Positions 47,895 to 61,309 of a stretch of 64,000 bases of DNA are shown here, piece by piece. Position 1 is the first letter of the stretch; each line of letters starts with the position of its first letter. Made by a program: the position numbers and the translations under genes. Under the pieces are notes generated by a model. That model had not been told where the DNA came from and ran no database searches. It saw only the letters and a list, made by a program, of their open reading frames with translations. Source of the DNA: Mobula hypostoma (Eukaryota). Location of the stretch: assembly GCF_963921235.1 (NCBI RefSeq), contig NC_086097.1, forward strand, positions 162,442,001 through 162,506,000, read 5' to 3'.

Positions 47895-48780
47895 TAAAGA
47901 CTTCAAACAGGTTTCAATTACACCAGTGTCAAAGACAAATGTGATAACCTACATAAATGACTGTCATCTAGTAGCACTTACATCTACTGTAATAAAGTAC
48001 TTTGGGAGGTTGGTGATGAAACATATAAATTCCTGCCTGAGAAGCGACTTAGAACTGCTCCAATTTGCTAACAGGAGCAACAGGTCAACAGCAGATGCCA
48101 TTTCATCGACTCTTCATTCAACCCTGGAGCGCATTGAAGCTGTGTATATAAGGATGCTTTTCATGGACTATGTAGCCCAGCATTCAACACTATCATCCCT
48201 CAAAACTAATCAATAAGCTCCAAGACCTAGACTTCAATACACCCTGTGCAACTGGACCCTCAATTTCTTCACTTGCAGACCCAAGTCAGTTCGGATTGGC
48301 GACCACACCTCTTCCACAATCACCATCAGCATAGGTGTACCACAAGGCCATGTACTTTGCGCCCCACACTACTCCGTTTATACTTATGACTGTGAGGCTA
48401 AGCACAGCTCTAATGACATATTTAAGTTTGCTGATGACATCATTGCTGCTGGCCGAATCAAAGCTGGTGATAAATTAGCATTTAGGAGGGAGATTGAAAA
48501 TCTTGCTGAGTGGTACCACAGCAACAACCTCTCACTCAATGTCATCAAGAACTAATTATTGACTTCAGGAGGAAGAAACTGAAGGTCCCTGTGCCAGTCC
48601 TATCTTCGCATCAGAGGTGCAGAGGGTTTAAATTCCTTGGTGTTATCTGTCCTTGGTCCAGCACATAAGTGCCATTCATCTATTTATTATGTGTGCCCGC
48701 AAGAATATGAATCTCAGGGTTGTATATGGGGGCATATATGTACTTTGATAATAAACTTACAGTGAACTTTTAACTTTGAT
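47895..48780 (+). mobile_element. Rex1/Babar LINE RT fragment with 3' tail (internally deleted)
   Basis: ORF 47926-48216 ND...[40 protein letters not shown] and KFADD remnants. Confidence 0.85.
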
Positions 48781-49394
48781 TAGTTTACTGTATTAAAGTC
48801 AAATTGTTGGCACAGTGGAAAGTGAAAGAGTTGAAAGGGGGGAGCATGAGAAGAAATCAGAGAGGTCTCTTTTAGAGGGGGCACATATGCATTTTAGAGA
48901 ACAAAAGGTCTCAGATTTGGTTGCATGTCACCACATAATTCAAAAAAAACTTTTATTTTTTGATATCCTGTGTGCTGGAATGGAATAGTAAGATAGAATT
49001 GGTGGGTGGGATTCTGGGAAACAGGGAATGGGAGGGAAAGGTCCATGGATGCCAATCTGTGGAAATTAGGCCTGCAAGACTGCTGCCAGTTTATACTGGC
49101 AGATATCCATGTTGACATTGTGGAGTGAAACTTATTCCAGAGTCGCCTGTGAGTTAAGTTGTGACAATAACAATGATAATAATAATGAAAGATGTGTTAT
49201 TGTATGATAGGCCTGCCCGCTCTGGAGCTGAGCCAAAGCAAAGATTTCAAGTGTGTATTGAAAGATTGAAATAATGAACATGATTGCTTGAATAGCCACA
49301 GCTTTGACTTGGTCAAGTTGAATTCCAGAAACTTGTGAAAAGAAACCTATTCAGCTGTGACAGCCAAAAGTTGACTTTAAATTAATAGATAGTT

Positions 49395-50110
49395 CTATAT
49401 AAAATAGAAATAGGCCCTTCAGCCCACCATTTCAATGCTAGCCATCATTCCTATCTATACTAATTCCACTTCCCTGAATTAATTCCATATCACTCTATGG
49501 ACTACTCATTCAATTATCTGTCAAAATGCATCTCAAATGTTGTTACTGTTCCTGTCTCCACTACCTCATCTGGCAGCCCATTCCAGATAACAACTACCCT
49601 TGTTGTGAACAGTTTAGCAGTCAGGTCCTATTTAATCCTGCGTGCTCTCACCTTAAGCCTATGCCTTATAGCTTTACATACCCCTACCCCAGGAAACATA
49701 TACTGGATAACTACCCTTCCTATGCCTCTTATAGTTTTATATACTTCTATCATCTCACGTCTCAGCTTGTTTCCTTCCAGAGAAAACAGACCCAGCATGT
49801 TCAATTTCTCCAGACAATGCAAGCACTCCAATGCAGGAAACATCCTTATGAACCTTTCCTGCACCATCTCTACGTTAATCACGGTATTCCTATAGTATAG
49901 GGACCAGATCTACATACAATTCTCCAAGTGGGGCCTAATGAAGTTTTGTACAACTTTATGACATCCCAACTCTTTTAAATAATGTCTTGGTGGATGAAGG
50001 CAAGCGTACCATTTTCTGGGAGTTATGTATCTATACACTCCCTGGGACTCCAACATTCACTGTGTTTGCCTTACAATGGTTTAAGTTCCCCACATGTATC
50101 ACTTTACCCT
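49395..50110 (-). mobile_element. CR1 LINE 3' end, decayed
   Basis: ORF 49628-49882 VEMVQERFIRMFPALE..LGLFSLE..KLR.EMIEVYK. Confidence 0.82.
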
Positions 50111-50145
50111 TAAGTCTGAGTTAAAATCCATGTACATCCTCATCC

Positions 50146-52965
50146 ACACACGCAAAATGCCAGAGGAACTCAGCAGGTCTGGCAGCATCTATGGAAAAGA
50201 ATACAATCGATGTTTTGGGCTGAGACCCTTCAAAAGTCAGAGGCTTTTTCCCAGGGCTGAAATGGTTGCCACAAGAGGACACAGGTTTAAGATACTGTGG
50301 AGTAGGTACAGAGGAGATGTCAGGGGTAAGTTTTTTACTCAGAGAGTGGTGAGTGCGTGGAATGGGCTGCCGGCAATGGTGGTGGAGGCGGATACGATAG
50401 GGTCTTAAGAGACTTTTGGATAGGTACATGGAGCTTAGAAAAATAGAGGGCTATGGGTAAGCCTAGTAATTTCTAAGGTAGGGACATGTTCAGCACAACT
50501 CTGTGGGCCGAAGGGCCTGTATTGTGCTGTAGGTATTCTATGTTTCTATGTTTCTATCAAGACTGGGAAAAAAATGTGGGAGGAGGACAGGAAGCGCCAC
50601 AAGATGATAGGTAAAACTGTGCAGAAGGAGGAGGTGTGAAATAAAGAGCTGGGAAGTTGATAAGTGAAAGAAATACAGGGTTGGAGAAGGGGGATCTGAT
50701 AGGAGAGGACAGTCGGCTGTGGAAGAAAGAAAAGGGGGAGGAGCACCAGAGGGAGGTGAGAGGCAGGTAAGGAGATAAGGTGAGAGAGGGAAAAGGGGAT
50801 GGAAAATGGTGAAGGAGAAGTGGGGGGGGGGCATTACCGGATGTTTGAAAAATCGATGTTCATGCCATCAGGTTAGAGGCTACCCAGACGAAATATAAGG
50901 TGTTGCTCCTCCATCCTGAGTGTGGCCTTATCATGACATGTTGGAATGGGAATGGGAAGTGGAATTAAAATGGGTGGCTACTGGGAGATCCCACTTTTTC
51001 TGGTGGACAGAGTGTTTGGTGAAGCAGTCTCCCAATCTGCATCAGGTCTCTCTGCTATACAAGAGGCCACATCGGGAGCACTGGATTCAGTAAATGACCC
51101 CAACAGACTCACAGGTGAAGTGTCACCTCACCTGGAAGGTCTGTTTGGGACCTGGATAGAGGTGTTGGGAGGAGGTGTAGGGGGCAGGTGTAGCACTTGT
51201 TCTGCTTGCAAGAATAGATGCCAGGAGGGATATCAGTGGAGAGGGATGAATGGACAAGGGAGTTGCGTAGGGAACAATCCCTATGGAAAGCCGAATGTGG
51301 GGGGTTGGGGGGAGGGAAAGATATTCTTGGTGTTGGGATCCCATTGGAGATGGCAGAAGTTACAGAGAATTATGTGCTGGATATGGAGGCTGGTGGGGTG
51401 GTAGGTGAGGACAAGAGGAACCTATTTCTGGTCGGGTGGCGGGGGGATGGGGTGAGGGCAGACGTGTGTGAAATGGAAGAGATGCGTTTGAGGGCAGTGT
51501 TGATGGTGGAGGAAGGGAAGCCCCTTTCTTTGAAGAAGGAAGACGTCCCATTAGTTCTGGAATGAAGAGCCTCATCCTGAGAGCAGATGTGGCGGAGATG
51601 GAGGAATTGATAGAAGGGGATGGTGTTTTACAAATATCAGCATGGGAAGAGGTATAGTCCAGGTAGCTGTGAGAGTCAGTGGGTTTATAATAGATATCAA
51701 TAGTTAAGCTGTCTCCAGAGATAGAGACAAAGAGATCAAGAAAGGGGAGGGAGGTATAGGAAATGGACCAGGTAAATTTGAGGCCAGGGTGGTAGCTGGA
51801 GGCAAAGTTGAGGAAGTCAATGCACGTCACATGGGTGCAGGAAGCAGCATTGATGCGGTCGTTCATGTAGCATAGGAAAAATTGGGGAGTGATACCAGTG
51901 TAAACTTGGAACATAGACTGTTCCATGTAGCTGACAAACAGGCAGGCATAGCTGGAGCTCATGCAAGTACCCGTGTCTACACCTTTTGTTTGAAGGAAGT
52001 GGGAAGAGCCAAAGCAGAAATTATTAAGAGTGAGAACAGGTTCTGTCATATGGAGAAGATTAGTGGCAGAGGGGAACTGGTTGGGTCTGGTGTCCAGAAA
52101 GAAATGGAAGGCTTTGAGCCTTCATGGTGTGGGATGGAGGTGTATAGGGATTGGACATCCATGGTGAAAATAAGATGATTGGGGCCAGGGAACTTGAAAA
52201 GATCAAGAGCATGTGAAGTGTCATGGATGTGGGTTGGAAGGGACTGAAATGGGGGGATAAAACTGAGTCGAGATATGCAGATATGAGTTCAGTGGGGCAG
52301 GAACAAGCAGAAACAATGGGTCTACCTGGACAGGCAGGTTTGTGGATCTTGGGTAGGAGGTAGAAATGGGAGGTGCAGAAACTATAAGGTTGGTGGCGGT
52401 GATTGGGAAATCCCCAGAGTTATTAAGGTCAGTGATGGCGTGGGAGACAATGGCCTGGCGCACCTTTGTGGGATCCTGTTCAAGGGGTAAGTAAAAGGAT
52501 GTGTCTTGACAGTTGTCACCTGGCCTCAGCAAGGTAGGGATCAGTCTGCCAGACTACTACAGCACAACCCTCCCCCCTTTATCTGCAGGTTTTGGTGGTG
52601 AGGTTAGGATTAGTGGGGAGAGGGTGAAGAACAGTGCATTTGGAAGGAGCGAGGTTGGAATTAGAGAGAAGAGTGTTGAAGTCGAGACAGTTGATGTCCC
52701 ATCAGCAGTTGGCAATGAAAAGATCCAGAGCAGGCAGAAGACCAGGGCAGGGTGTCCAGGAAGAGGAGGAGTGTTGAAGACGGGAGAAGGGGTCATCAGT
52801 GCAGAGTGGAGAGTCCTTGCCAAAGAAGAAGGCCTAGAGATGGAGGTGGTGGAAGAAGAGCTCAGCATCATGGTGGGCATGGAACTCACTGAGGTGTGGG
52901 TACAGAGGGACAAAGATGAGGCCCTTGCTGGGGACAGAACGTTTTGCCTCAGAGAGGAGAACCTC
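50146..52965 (-). mobile_element. Long Penelope-like element (N-terminal region, RT, GIY-YIG, pLTR), decayed
   Basis: IKPADKGG.VV-like motif (52557-52913). RT ORF 51360-52049 LTLNNF.F.SSHFLQTKGV..GT.M..SYACLFV..LKFTWSIS..SLPFLDL..YYKPTDSHSYLDYTSSH. GIY-YIG remnant near 50850-51220 and pLTR at 50146-50232. Confidence 0.92.
50233..50556 (+). mobile_element. CR1 3' fragment inserted into the Penelope hammerhead
   Basis: SQRLFPRAEM..TRGHRFK..RYRGDVRGKFFTQRVVSAWNGLP with a (TTCTATGT)n tail. Same family as 40442-44738. Confidence 0.9.
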
Positions 52966-53169
52966 CTATAATCCTCTTGATCATCTCTTCAAAAATACTC
53001 AATTAAATTTGTGAGTCATGCTGATGACCCCTAATCAGTCCTTGTCTTTCCAAATACGGGGATCTTGTCCCTCCAAATCCCTTCCAATAACATCCAATAA
53101 TCTCACTTATCTCTTGGTGCACAGCCTCTTTGGTTATGGCTCTTTTAATGATCGTCCTGCAAATTCTGA

Positions 53170-54700
53170 AACAGGCCTCCATCACACTATAAAGCTGTGA
53201 GTTCCAAAACCCCATTATGCTACCTGCTTCAAGCAGGCTACAATTAAACCAGTGACTAAGAAGAATGCAGTTATCTGCCTCAATGACTATTGTCGAGTAG
53301 CACTTACATCCATAGTGATGAAGTGCTTAGAGAGGTTGGTGATGAAACGTATCAACCCCTGCCGGAGAAGCAACTTGGATCTACTCCAATTTGTCTACCA
53401 GCACAACAGATCCACAGCAGATGCTATTTAATTGGCTTTTCACTCAACCCTGGAACTTCTAGACAGCAAGGATGAATACATCAGGATGTTCTTTATCAGC
53501 TACAGCTTGGCTTCAATACTATTATCCCCTCAAAACTAATCAATAACGTTCAAGACCTTGGCCTCAATACCTCCTTGTGGAATTAGTTCCTTGATTTCCT
53601 CACTTACAGACCCCAATCGGTTTGGATTGGCAATGTCTCCTCCACAATATCCATCAACACAGGTGCACTAAAATGTTGTGTGCTTAGCCCTCTGCTCTAC
53701 TCGCTTTACATTATGACTGTGAATCCAATGTCATATTTAAGTTTACTGACCACACCACTGTTATTGGCCAAATCAAAGGAGGTAACAAATCAGCAAGTAG
53801 GAGGGAGAGTGGTGCCATAACAACAACCCCTTACTCAATGTCAGCAAGATCAAGGAGTTTGAGTTCAGGAGAAGGAAACCGGTGGTCCCTGAGCCAGTCC
53901 TCATCAAGGGATCAGAGGTGGAGAGGGTCAGCAACTTTAAATTCTTTGCAGTGATCATTTCAGAACAACTGTCCTGGGCTCAGCACATAAATGCAATTAG
54001 AAAGAAAGCATGGCAGTGCCTTTACTTCCTTAGGAGTTTGTGAAGATTCAGCATGACATCTAAAACTTTGACACATTTCTATAGATGTGAAGTGGAGAGT
54101 ATATTGACTGGCTGCATCATGCCCTGATATAGAAACACCAATGTCCTTGAAAGGAAATCCTTCAGAAAGTAGTGGATACAGCCCAGTCCATCACAGGCAA
54201 AGCCCTCCCCACCATTGATCACATCTACATAGAGCATTGTCACAGGAAATTAGCATCAGCATCTCAGAGACCCCCACCACCCAGGTCAAGCTCTCTTCTC
54301 ACTGCTGCCGTCAGGAAGAAGGTACAAGAGCCTCAGGACTCACACCACCAGGTTTAGGAGCAGTTATTCCCATCAACCATCAGGCTATTGAACCAGAAGG
54401 GATAGCTACACTCAACCTCACTCACCCCATCACTGAACTGTTCCCACAACCTATGGACTCACTTTCAAGGACTTTGCATCTCATGTTCTTGTTGTTTATT
54501 TATTATTATTACTCTTTATTCTTTTATATTTGCACAGTTTGTTGTCTTTAGCACATTGTTTGTCTGTCCTGTTAGGTGCAGTCTTTCATTGATTCTATTA
54601 TGGTTCTTGGATTTATTAAGAATGCCCACAGGAAAACAAATCTCAGGTTATATATGACGACGTATATATACTTTGATAATTAATTTACTTTGAACTTTAT
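53170..54700 (+). mobile_element. Rex1/Babar LINE, RT to 3' tail, decayed
   Basis: Collinear with 21420-22612 and 47895-48780; same 3' tail 'tttgataattaatttactttgaacttt'. Confidence 0.85.
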
Positions 54701-55699
54701 GCATTTTTATTCCTCAACACCCAGCAATTAATTTAAAGCTAGGCCTTGGAAAATCTAGGCAAGCTTATTCTGTTTTTTGTATTGAGGAAGTGTGGAATGC
54801 ATGAATGGTGAGGCCTGAGGAAAAGATGAAGACATCTGTTGTGATAAATGAGCAAAAGGGTGATAGGGCCCAACTGGTTGTGGAGAAGGCGGCAGTTCAA
54901 TGGGGAAGAGGAAAATTAATTAGTGGCTTGGAGAAGATGGGGATGAGATTGTCTGTAGTTAAGTGGGTGGGAAATTGGTAGCCACAGGCAATAATTAGCC
55001 GCAGGGGAGATATTCATTGGTGGCACTGTGGAAGTGGGGGAGGATGTGGGAGGGTGGTTGTCAATAGTCAGGAGTGGGGTGTGGTAGATGGTGTGTGAGT
55101 AGTCAGGATGTGTATGGAGGATAGGGGTAATGTATTGATCATTAGTTTGGGGATGGATCTGGTTCAGGAAATGGAAAACTGGAATTGGTAACTAGGGTTT
55201 GGGATTCATGGGTGACATGGAATGGTAACTCGATCTGATGTAGGAGTGTAGGGTGTTGTTGGTATCAACGTGTGGTAGATGTGGGGAGTGGGCTTGATCA
55301 GTGGTCAACCACAGGCGGGAAAGAATTTAGAAACTTTAACCAATGGCTGAGGGTTGGAGATGATCCTGTCTGAATCTCAAAAGGGGATTTAATTTTTTTC
55401 CCCAAAAAATATATTACCCATAAAATCTCCAGTTATACAATAATGTACAGTACATGACACTGTCTTCATTTCCTGAGCAGGTGTTTTATTATGTCTGCTT
55501 GCAATATTTATTGTATAATATATCAACATGTCACTTAAGTTTCATCTTTAACATGTCATCAGTGAACTTGGGAATTTTGACTGGACTATATGTAGTGAGA
55601 TACAGTGAAAAACTTCTGTTTGCATGTCATTCTGACAGATCATTCCAGGATAATGCAAAAGAAAAGCAGAACAAAGCTGAATATGTTGCTACATTTACA

Positions 55700-56955
55700 T
55701 AGAGAGGGCAGTGCAGGTACACAGTCCCAATGCTGTACCCGGCAGGGCACTGAAAACCTGTGCCAACCAACAGGCTGGAGTGTTTGAGGTCATCTTCAAC
55801 CTCTCGCTGCTGCTGTCAGAAGTTCCCACCTGCTTCAAAACGGCATTGATCATACTGATGCCCAAGAAGAGCAGGATGAGCTGCCTCAACAACAATCATC
55901 CAGTAGCACTCATATCTACCATAATGAACTGCTTTAAGAGGTTGGTCATGGCTAGAATAAACTCTGCTTAAGCAAGAACCTGCACCCACTGCAATTTTCC
56001 TACTGCCACAACGGGTCTACCGTGGACACAATTTCATTGGCTTTGGACCACCTGAACAACAGCAATACCAATGTCAGGTTGCTGTTTATTAATTACAGCT
56101 TCGTATTCAACACCATCACGCTGAGCACTGGTGCCCCCCAGGGATGAGTGCTCAGTCCACTGCTGTTCGCACTACTGACTCACGACTGCACTGCCAGCTT
56201 CAGCTCAAACTCATCAACAAGTTCACTGATGATACGACAGTGGTTGGCTTATCAGCAACAATGATGAGTTGGCATACAGAGAGGATGTAGAGAGAACACA
56301 ACCTGAGTCTCAATGTGGACAAAACAGAAGAGATGATTATGGACTTCAGGAGGGCACAGGTCAACCACTCTCCACTCTCCATTACATATCAATGGCTCCA
56401 TCGTGGAAAGAGTGAAGAGTGCAAAGTTTATTGGTGTGCACATAATTGATGATCTAACCTGGACCCACAACACCTCACAAGTCAATAAGGCATATCCTTC
56501 TTTTTGAGGAGATTGAGGTGTACAAGGCTCCCCGCCCCATTCTAACAACTTTCTACAGGAGCACCATTGAGAGAGTCCTTTCTGGCTGCCCCACTGAGTT
56601 GTACGGGAGCTGCAAGGCCTCAGACCACAAGACCCTACAGAGGATAGTAAAAACAAAGGATTACTGGGGTGTCCCTCTCCCTTACTGTGACATTTATTGG
56701 GAGTGTTGTAGACTGCCATCAGGAAAGAATTACAGAGGCATCAGGTCTTGGATTGCCCAATTAGATAACAGCTTCTTCCATCAGGCTGTGAGACTAAGGA
56801 CTACCCAGCCACAACAGAGATCTTTTCACTGGTCAGCGAGCTTGGTTTGTGTGCTGTGTGTGATATATGTTGTGTGGATGCACTGTGGTCCAGAGGAATG
56901 TTGCTTCCTTTGGTTGTGTATATGTACAGTCAGATGACAATAAACCTGAACTTGT
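55700..56955 (+). mobile_element. Rex1/Babar LINE fragment(s)
   Basis: VPGRALKTCANQ.AGVF..IFNLSL..SEVPTCFKT; TGAPQG; KFTDDTTVVG; RPILTTFYRSTIE; tail 'tgacaataaacctgaacttg'. Confidence 0.85.
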
Positions 56956-57680
56956 ACCATCATCCTCTCTGAACTAGCCAACAAGCTTCAATACTTGGAC
57001 CTCTGTATCTCCTTCTACAACTGGATCCTTGACTTCCTCATCGAGAGACCACAGTCAGAATGGGTTGGAAGTAATACCTCCTCGCTGAAAATTAACACAG
57101 ATGAACCTCACGGAACCGTGCTTAGTCCACTGCTCTAATCTCTTTACACTCATGACTGTATATCTAGGCACAGCTCAAATGCCATCTATAAATTTGCTGA
57201 TGACAGAATTGTTGTTGGTAGAATCTCAGATGATGACAAGTGGGCATAAAGGAGTGAGACAGATTGGCTGGTGGAGTGGTGGTGCAAGGACAACCTTGCA
57301 CTCAACATCAGTAACTAATTGTGGACTTTCAGAAGGAGAAATCGGGAGAACACACAGCAGTTCTCATCAGAAAGTGATGTTTCTCAAGAAGGTGGCATCT
57401 ATCATGAAAGACTGTCACCATCCAGGACCTGCCCTCTTGTCATTACCATCTGAATGAGAAGGTACAGGAGCACACTCAACATTTTAGAAACACCTCCACC
57501 ATCGGATTTCTCAATGGGACATGAACCCATGATCACTATCTCACTATTTTGCTCTTGTTTTGCACTTTTTTAAAGTATATATGATTTTAATTTATAGTAA
57601 TGTTTATGTATTGTACTGCATTGCTGCCACAGAACAATGAATTTTATGACATATATCTGTGATAGTAAAACTGATTTGAC
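56956..57680 (+). mobile_element. Rex1/Babar LINE fragment with 3' tail
   Basis: NWILDFL..RPQSE and IYKFADD remnants; tail like that at 9575-9818. Confidence 0.75.
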
Positions 57681-58811
57681 TTAGGAGGTTTGTCACCCTA
57701 CTCATACCAGGACTCAACATACTGTACTGCTAAGGGCACTGATAATGAAACCAGAATTGTCTACCTCAAGTATTAGCAGTGGAGAAGACATCAAAGTTAA
57801 GATATTTTAAATGTGTCTCAGTGCATCTTTAAACAGGTCACTTCTGGATTTAATGAGAATGTGGCAGTGAATGAGCAGAAATCTGGCTTCCAGAAGACTT
57901 TTTTTAAAAGTTTGCAGATCTGCATTTAACCTGCCTTCTTTAATCTTAGAACTCTGGAATTTTCTTTCCTTGGGAAATAAAGACAGTTTAACAAAGATGA
58001 GGACAATTGCAGAAGAAAAACTGAGTAAGAAGCAAAGCATGAATGTTTCCTTTTATCTTCTTGACTCACAGATTGTCAAAGTACTTGCTCCCAATCAGTG
58101 GTGATATAAAACAGTCCCCACCCCCTACACATCCAGTCCTAAGCCTTCCCTACCTCATTCACACACTATAGGGATATTCTCAAGTTTCGGAAGCAAACTC
58201 CTCTGGCATCAGCTGTGCAGCTCAGAATCCCAATGCCAGGATAGGTCCAGGGTTGGAAAACTATGTCCCTCTTTTCTTTAGCCCATTCAACACCCCCACA
58301 CTATTCCATCCACACAGACATTACAACTTCCTGCTCTGCAAACTTACTCAGCTGACTGGGAGTCAGCCAATTAATCAGGGTGATTTATGTGTGGAACCCT
58401 GTCGAAAGATGCAATGTGTCTGGCGAGAAGTCTGCAGCATGCAAGGAACCCAGACATGCAGATACCTTCATTGAAAGTCCTCTCCTCATCAGAAAATCTG
58501 GTACTAATACCAGAGCCATTCAGTCTGGAAGTGAAGAAGTGCAATTAGGGGAGAATGCACTAGCAGTGGAAGCTGAATAAAAGGATCCACTTACGAAGTA
58601 GGTTTAAGTCTTTCCATATAATGTAGCCAACATTGTGTAATCCAAGTAGAGGTCATTTTACACAAACAGAGGTTAAACGGAAACGTGTCTTGTCCAAACA
58701 TTAACATTGACACCAGTTAACAACTGCTAATGGAATCTACTTCGATCACACCTGCCAGCTGTTTTACTGGTGTGTCACAGACCTGTTGCTTTGAGCTTAC
58801 ATCTGTACTTT

Positions 58812-59235
58812 AGATAGATAAATATACTTTATTGATCCCGAGGGAAATTGGGTTTCGTTACAGCCGCACCAACCAAGAATAAAGCATAAATATAGCAATA
58901 CAAAAACCACAAACAATCAAACAACAAAATGCAAACTATGCCAGATGGAAAATAAGTCCAGGACTAGTCTACTGGCTCAGGGTGTCTAACCCTCCATGGG
59001 AGGAGCTGCAAGTTCGATGGCCGCAGGCAGGAATGACCTCCCATGCCACCCAGTGTTGTACCTCGGTGGAATGTGGCCAAAGTCCAACAGTAAAAAGTTC
59101 AATATCCGGTCTACAAACACGTTCCTCAATCGTAATATGACCCGGATTGCACCATCTGTTGTTAACCAGAACAATAAGCACCCAACTCCTTTACGCTTTC
59201 CGCTCTCAGTGCACTTCCGGTCAGCCGGAATGGTC
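58812..59235 (-). mobile_element. Internally deleted Rex/Babar-type element (endonuclease piece fused to the 3' end)
   Basis: MDGFQTI.ADR...ESGKRKG.G..V.VNNRWC.PGHITI.ER.C.PDIEL..VGL is joined directly to R..RSFLP.AI.L and the tail 'gggatcaataaagtat..(atct)n'. Confidence 0.7.
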
Positions 59236-59414
59236 TGGAAGCCGTCCATGGAGAAGTTTTGATCGGGTTTGTCCTCGTGCAGCCCTCTGTTTATCCTCTG
59301 AAGTACCTTATTTCCTTTTGTCTTTCGAAGTCTATTATTGATACAACCTTAAATGAAACTTTATCAAAGTCAGTAATATATAAAAGGATTAATAATCATC
59401 CATAGGGTCAAAGA

Positions 59415-59680
59415 GAGTTACAGCAGAGAAACAGGCCAGCCCACAGACCTTGCCAACCAGAAAATACCCATTTTTTACATTAATGCTACCCTAACCTATT
59501 TTTTTATTTTATTCTCTCCAAATTCCCACCAACTCCCCTTCAACCACTCAGCCACACAGTAGTGAATTTACAGTTGCCAGTTAACCTATCAACCTGTGTG
59601 TCTTTGGGATGTGAGATGAAACTGGAGCACCCAGAAAAAACCCATGCAGTCACAGGAAGAACCTGCAAAATCCTCACGGC
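59415..59680 (-). mobile_element. V-SINE (HE1-like) remnant
   Basis: V-domain-like 'tctttgggatgtgagatgaaactggagcacccagaaaaaacccatgcagtcacaggaagaacctgcaaa'. Confidence 0.7.
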
Positions 59681-60157
59681 CAGTATTGTTACCGTCTGTG
59701 TTGTCAAGATCTTATAGCCTGAGGAACAATTATTTTATTAATGTGAAATAATTTTAATAATGCTAATTCAGCAGTTTGATCACATGCACATTGTGGTTAA
59801 CTGATAATTATGATTTAATTCACTGAAGGTCATTAATATAAACAGGGGAGAGAGAGAGATGGCTGATCATTTGGTCTTACTTGCACCGTATTACAACCTT
59901 AAAAACTCAAACAATGTATATTGTACAGATAATATTGGTTTGGCATCATCCTATTTAGTCCTTGGACAACCCTGCACAATCCTAATTACTACCTCAGTAG
60001 AGCAACACCATGGACTTAGTACTACCATGGATGTTGTTATATTTGTTCTAATTGTATTCTTTCTTGTATAATTTTATATGGTTTATGTTTTTCTTGTGTA
60101 TGTTGTGTCTCTGATGCTGCTGCAAGTATGTGTTTCCAATGCACACGTACAAACATG

Positions 60158-60475
60158 TAGAGCATACAACAGTACAGGCCCTTTGACCTACAATGTTTTG
60201 CTAACCTTTCCACCTACTGCATGATCAATGTAACTCTTTCCTCTCACATGTCCCTCCACGTGCCTGTTTAAAAGTCCCTTAAATGTTCTTAATCCATCTG
60301 CCTCTACCACCACCTTCAGCAGTTTGTTCCATGCACTCACCACTCTCTGTATAAAAATCTATCTCTGATATCCACCCCCCTATACTTTGCCCCAATCACC
60401 TTAAAAGTATGTCCTCTTGTACTAGTCATTGCCATCCTGGGAAAAAAGATGCTGGCTGTTAATCTTTCTATGTGC
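60158..60475 (-). mobile_element. CR1 LINE 3' end
   Basis: Reverse-complement CR1 UTR 'agagcatacaacagtacaggccctttgacc' and an FYTE.V..WNKL remnant. Confidence 0.78.
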
Positions 60476-60704
60476 TCGTGCATATGATAATAACCTCAAT
60501 TATGAAATAGGCTTTATTTTTAACATGGTATATCCAAAAGTGTCCTAGACTAGAATGATGACTTCAAAATATGTCGTTGTTGTGAAATGCTTTGGAAGCC
60601 CTGCTCTGTGAGAAGCATATTTTTTCAGGTAAGATGTTAAACCTCAACCCTCTTGAGCTCTCAGCTGAACAACATCCCAGGCTGTATTATACATTACAAG
60701 AGAA

Positions 60705-61050
60705 GGAATTTGTGTTGAACCCCTATAAAACATTGGTTTGGCCACAATCTAAGATCAGCATTAAGTTCTGGCCACTTAATGAGGAGGTGGGTGAAAGATT
60801 TAAGGGAGCTACAGGAAAGATTTATGAGAATGGTTTCAGTGAAAAGGTATGTCAGTCATGTGGAATGAGTCTAGAATAGCTCTGCTTGGTCTTGGAATGT
60901 TGAAGGTTAGAGGAGATATTGTCAGAGGAGATTATACAGAGTAGCCAGAGGAAAATTATTTTCTCTGACACATAGGTTGAGAACCAGAGGATATAGTTGT
61001 AATACAATACCAAAGATAGCATAAAGTAAAATGTTTCACGCAATGATCTT
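60705..61050 (+). mobile_element. Old CR1 ORF2 C-terminal remnant
   Basis: ORF 60592-60879 contains KEFVLN.YKTLV.PQ..FWP; an RLRGD-like segment lies at 60900-60920. Confidence 0.55.
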
Positions 61051-61309
61051 AAGAAACAGAATCAGAATTCGGTTATTGTCATTTACATAAATCGTGAAAT
61101 TTATTATTTTGTGGCAGCAGTACAGTGCAGGCATAACAAATTACTGTAAGTTACAATAAAAAATGAATAGCAAGTGCAAAAGAGTGTGAGCTAATGTTTA
61201 CGGGTTCATGGACCTTTCAGAAGTTTGGGGAAGAAGAGAAGAACCTGTTCCTAAATGTTGAGTTTGTGTCTTCAGGCTCATGCAGCTTCTCCCTGACACT
61301 AGTAATGGG

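Noticed and set aside
54850..55320. G-rich, strand-biased tract
   Set aside because: Low-complexity sequence with no periodic unit or ORF; probably a decayed repeat UTR.
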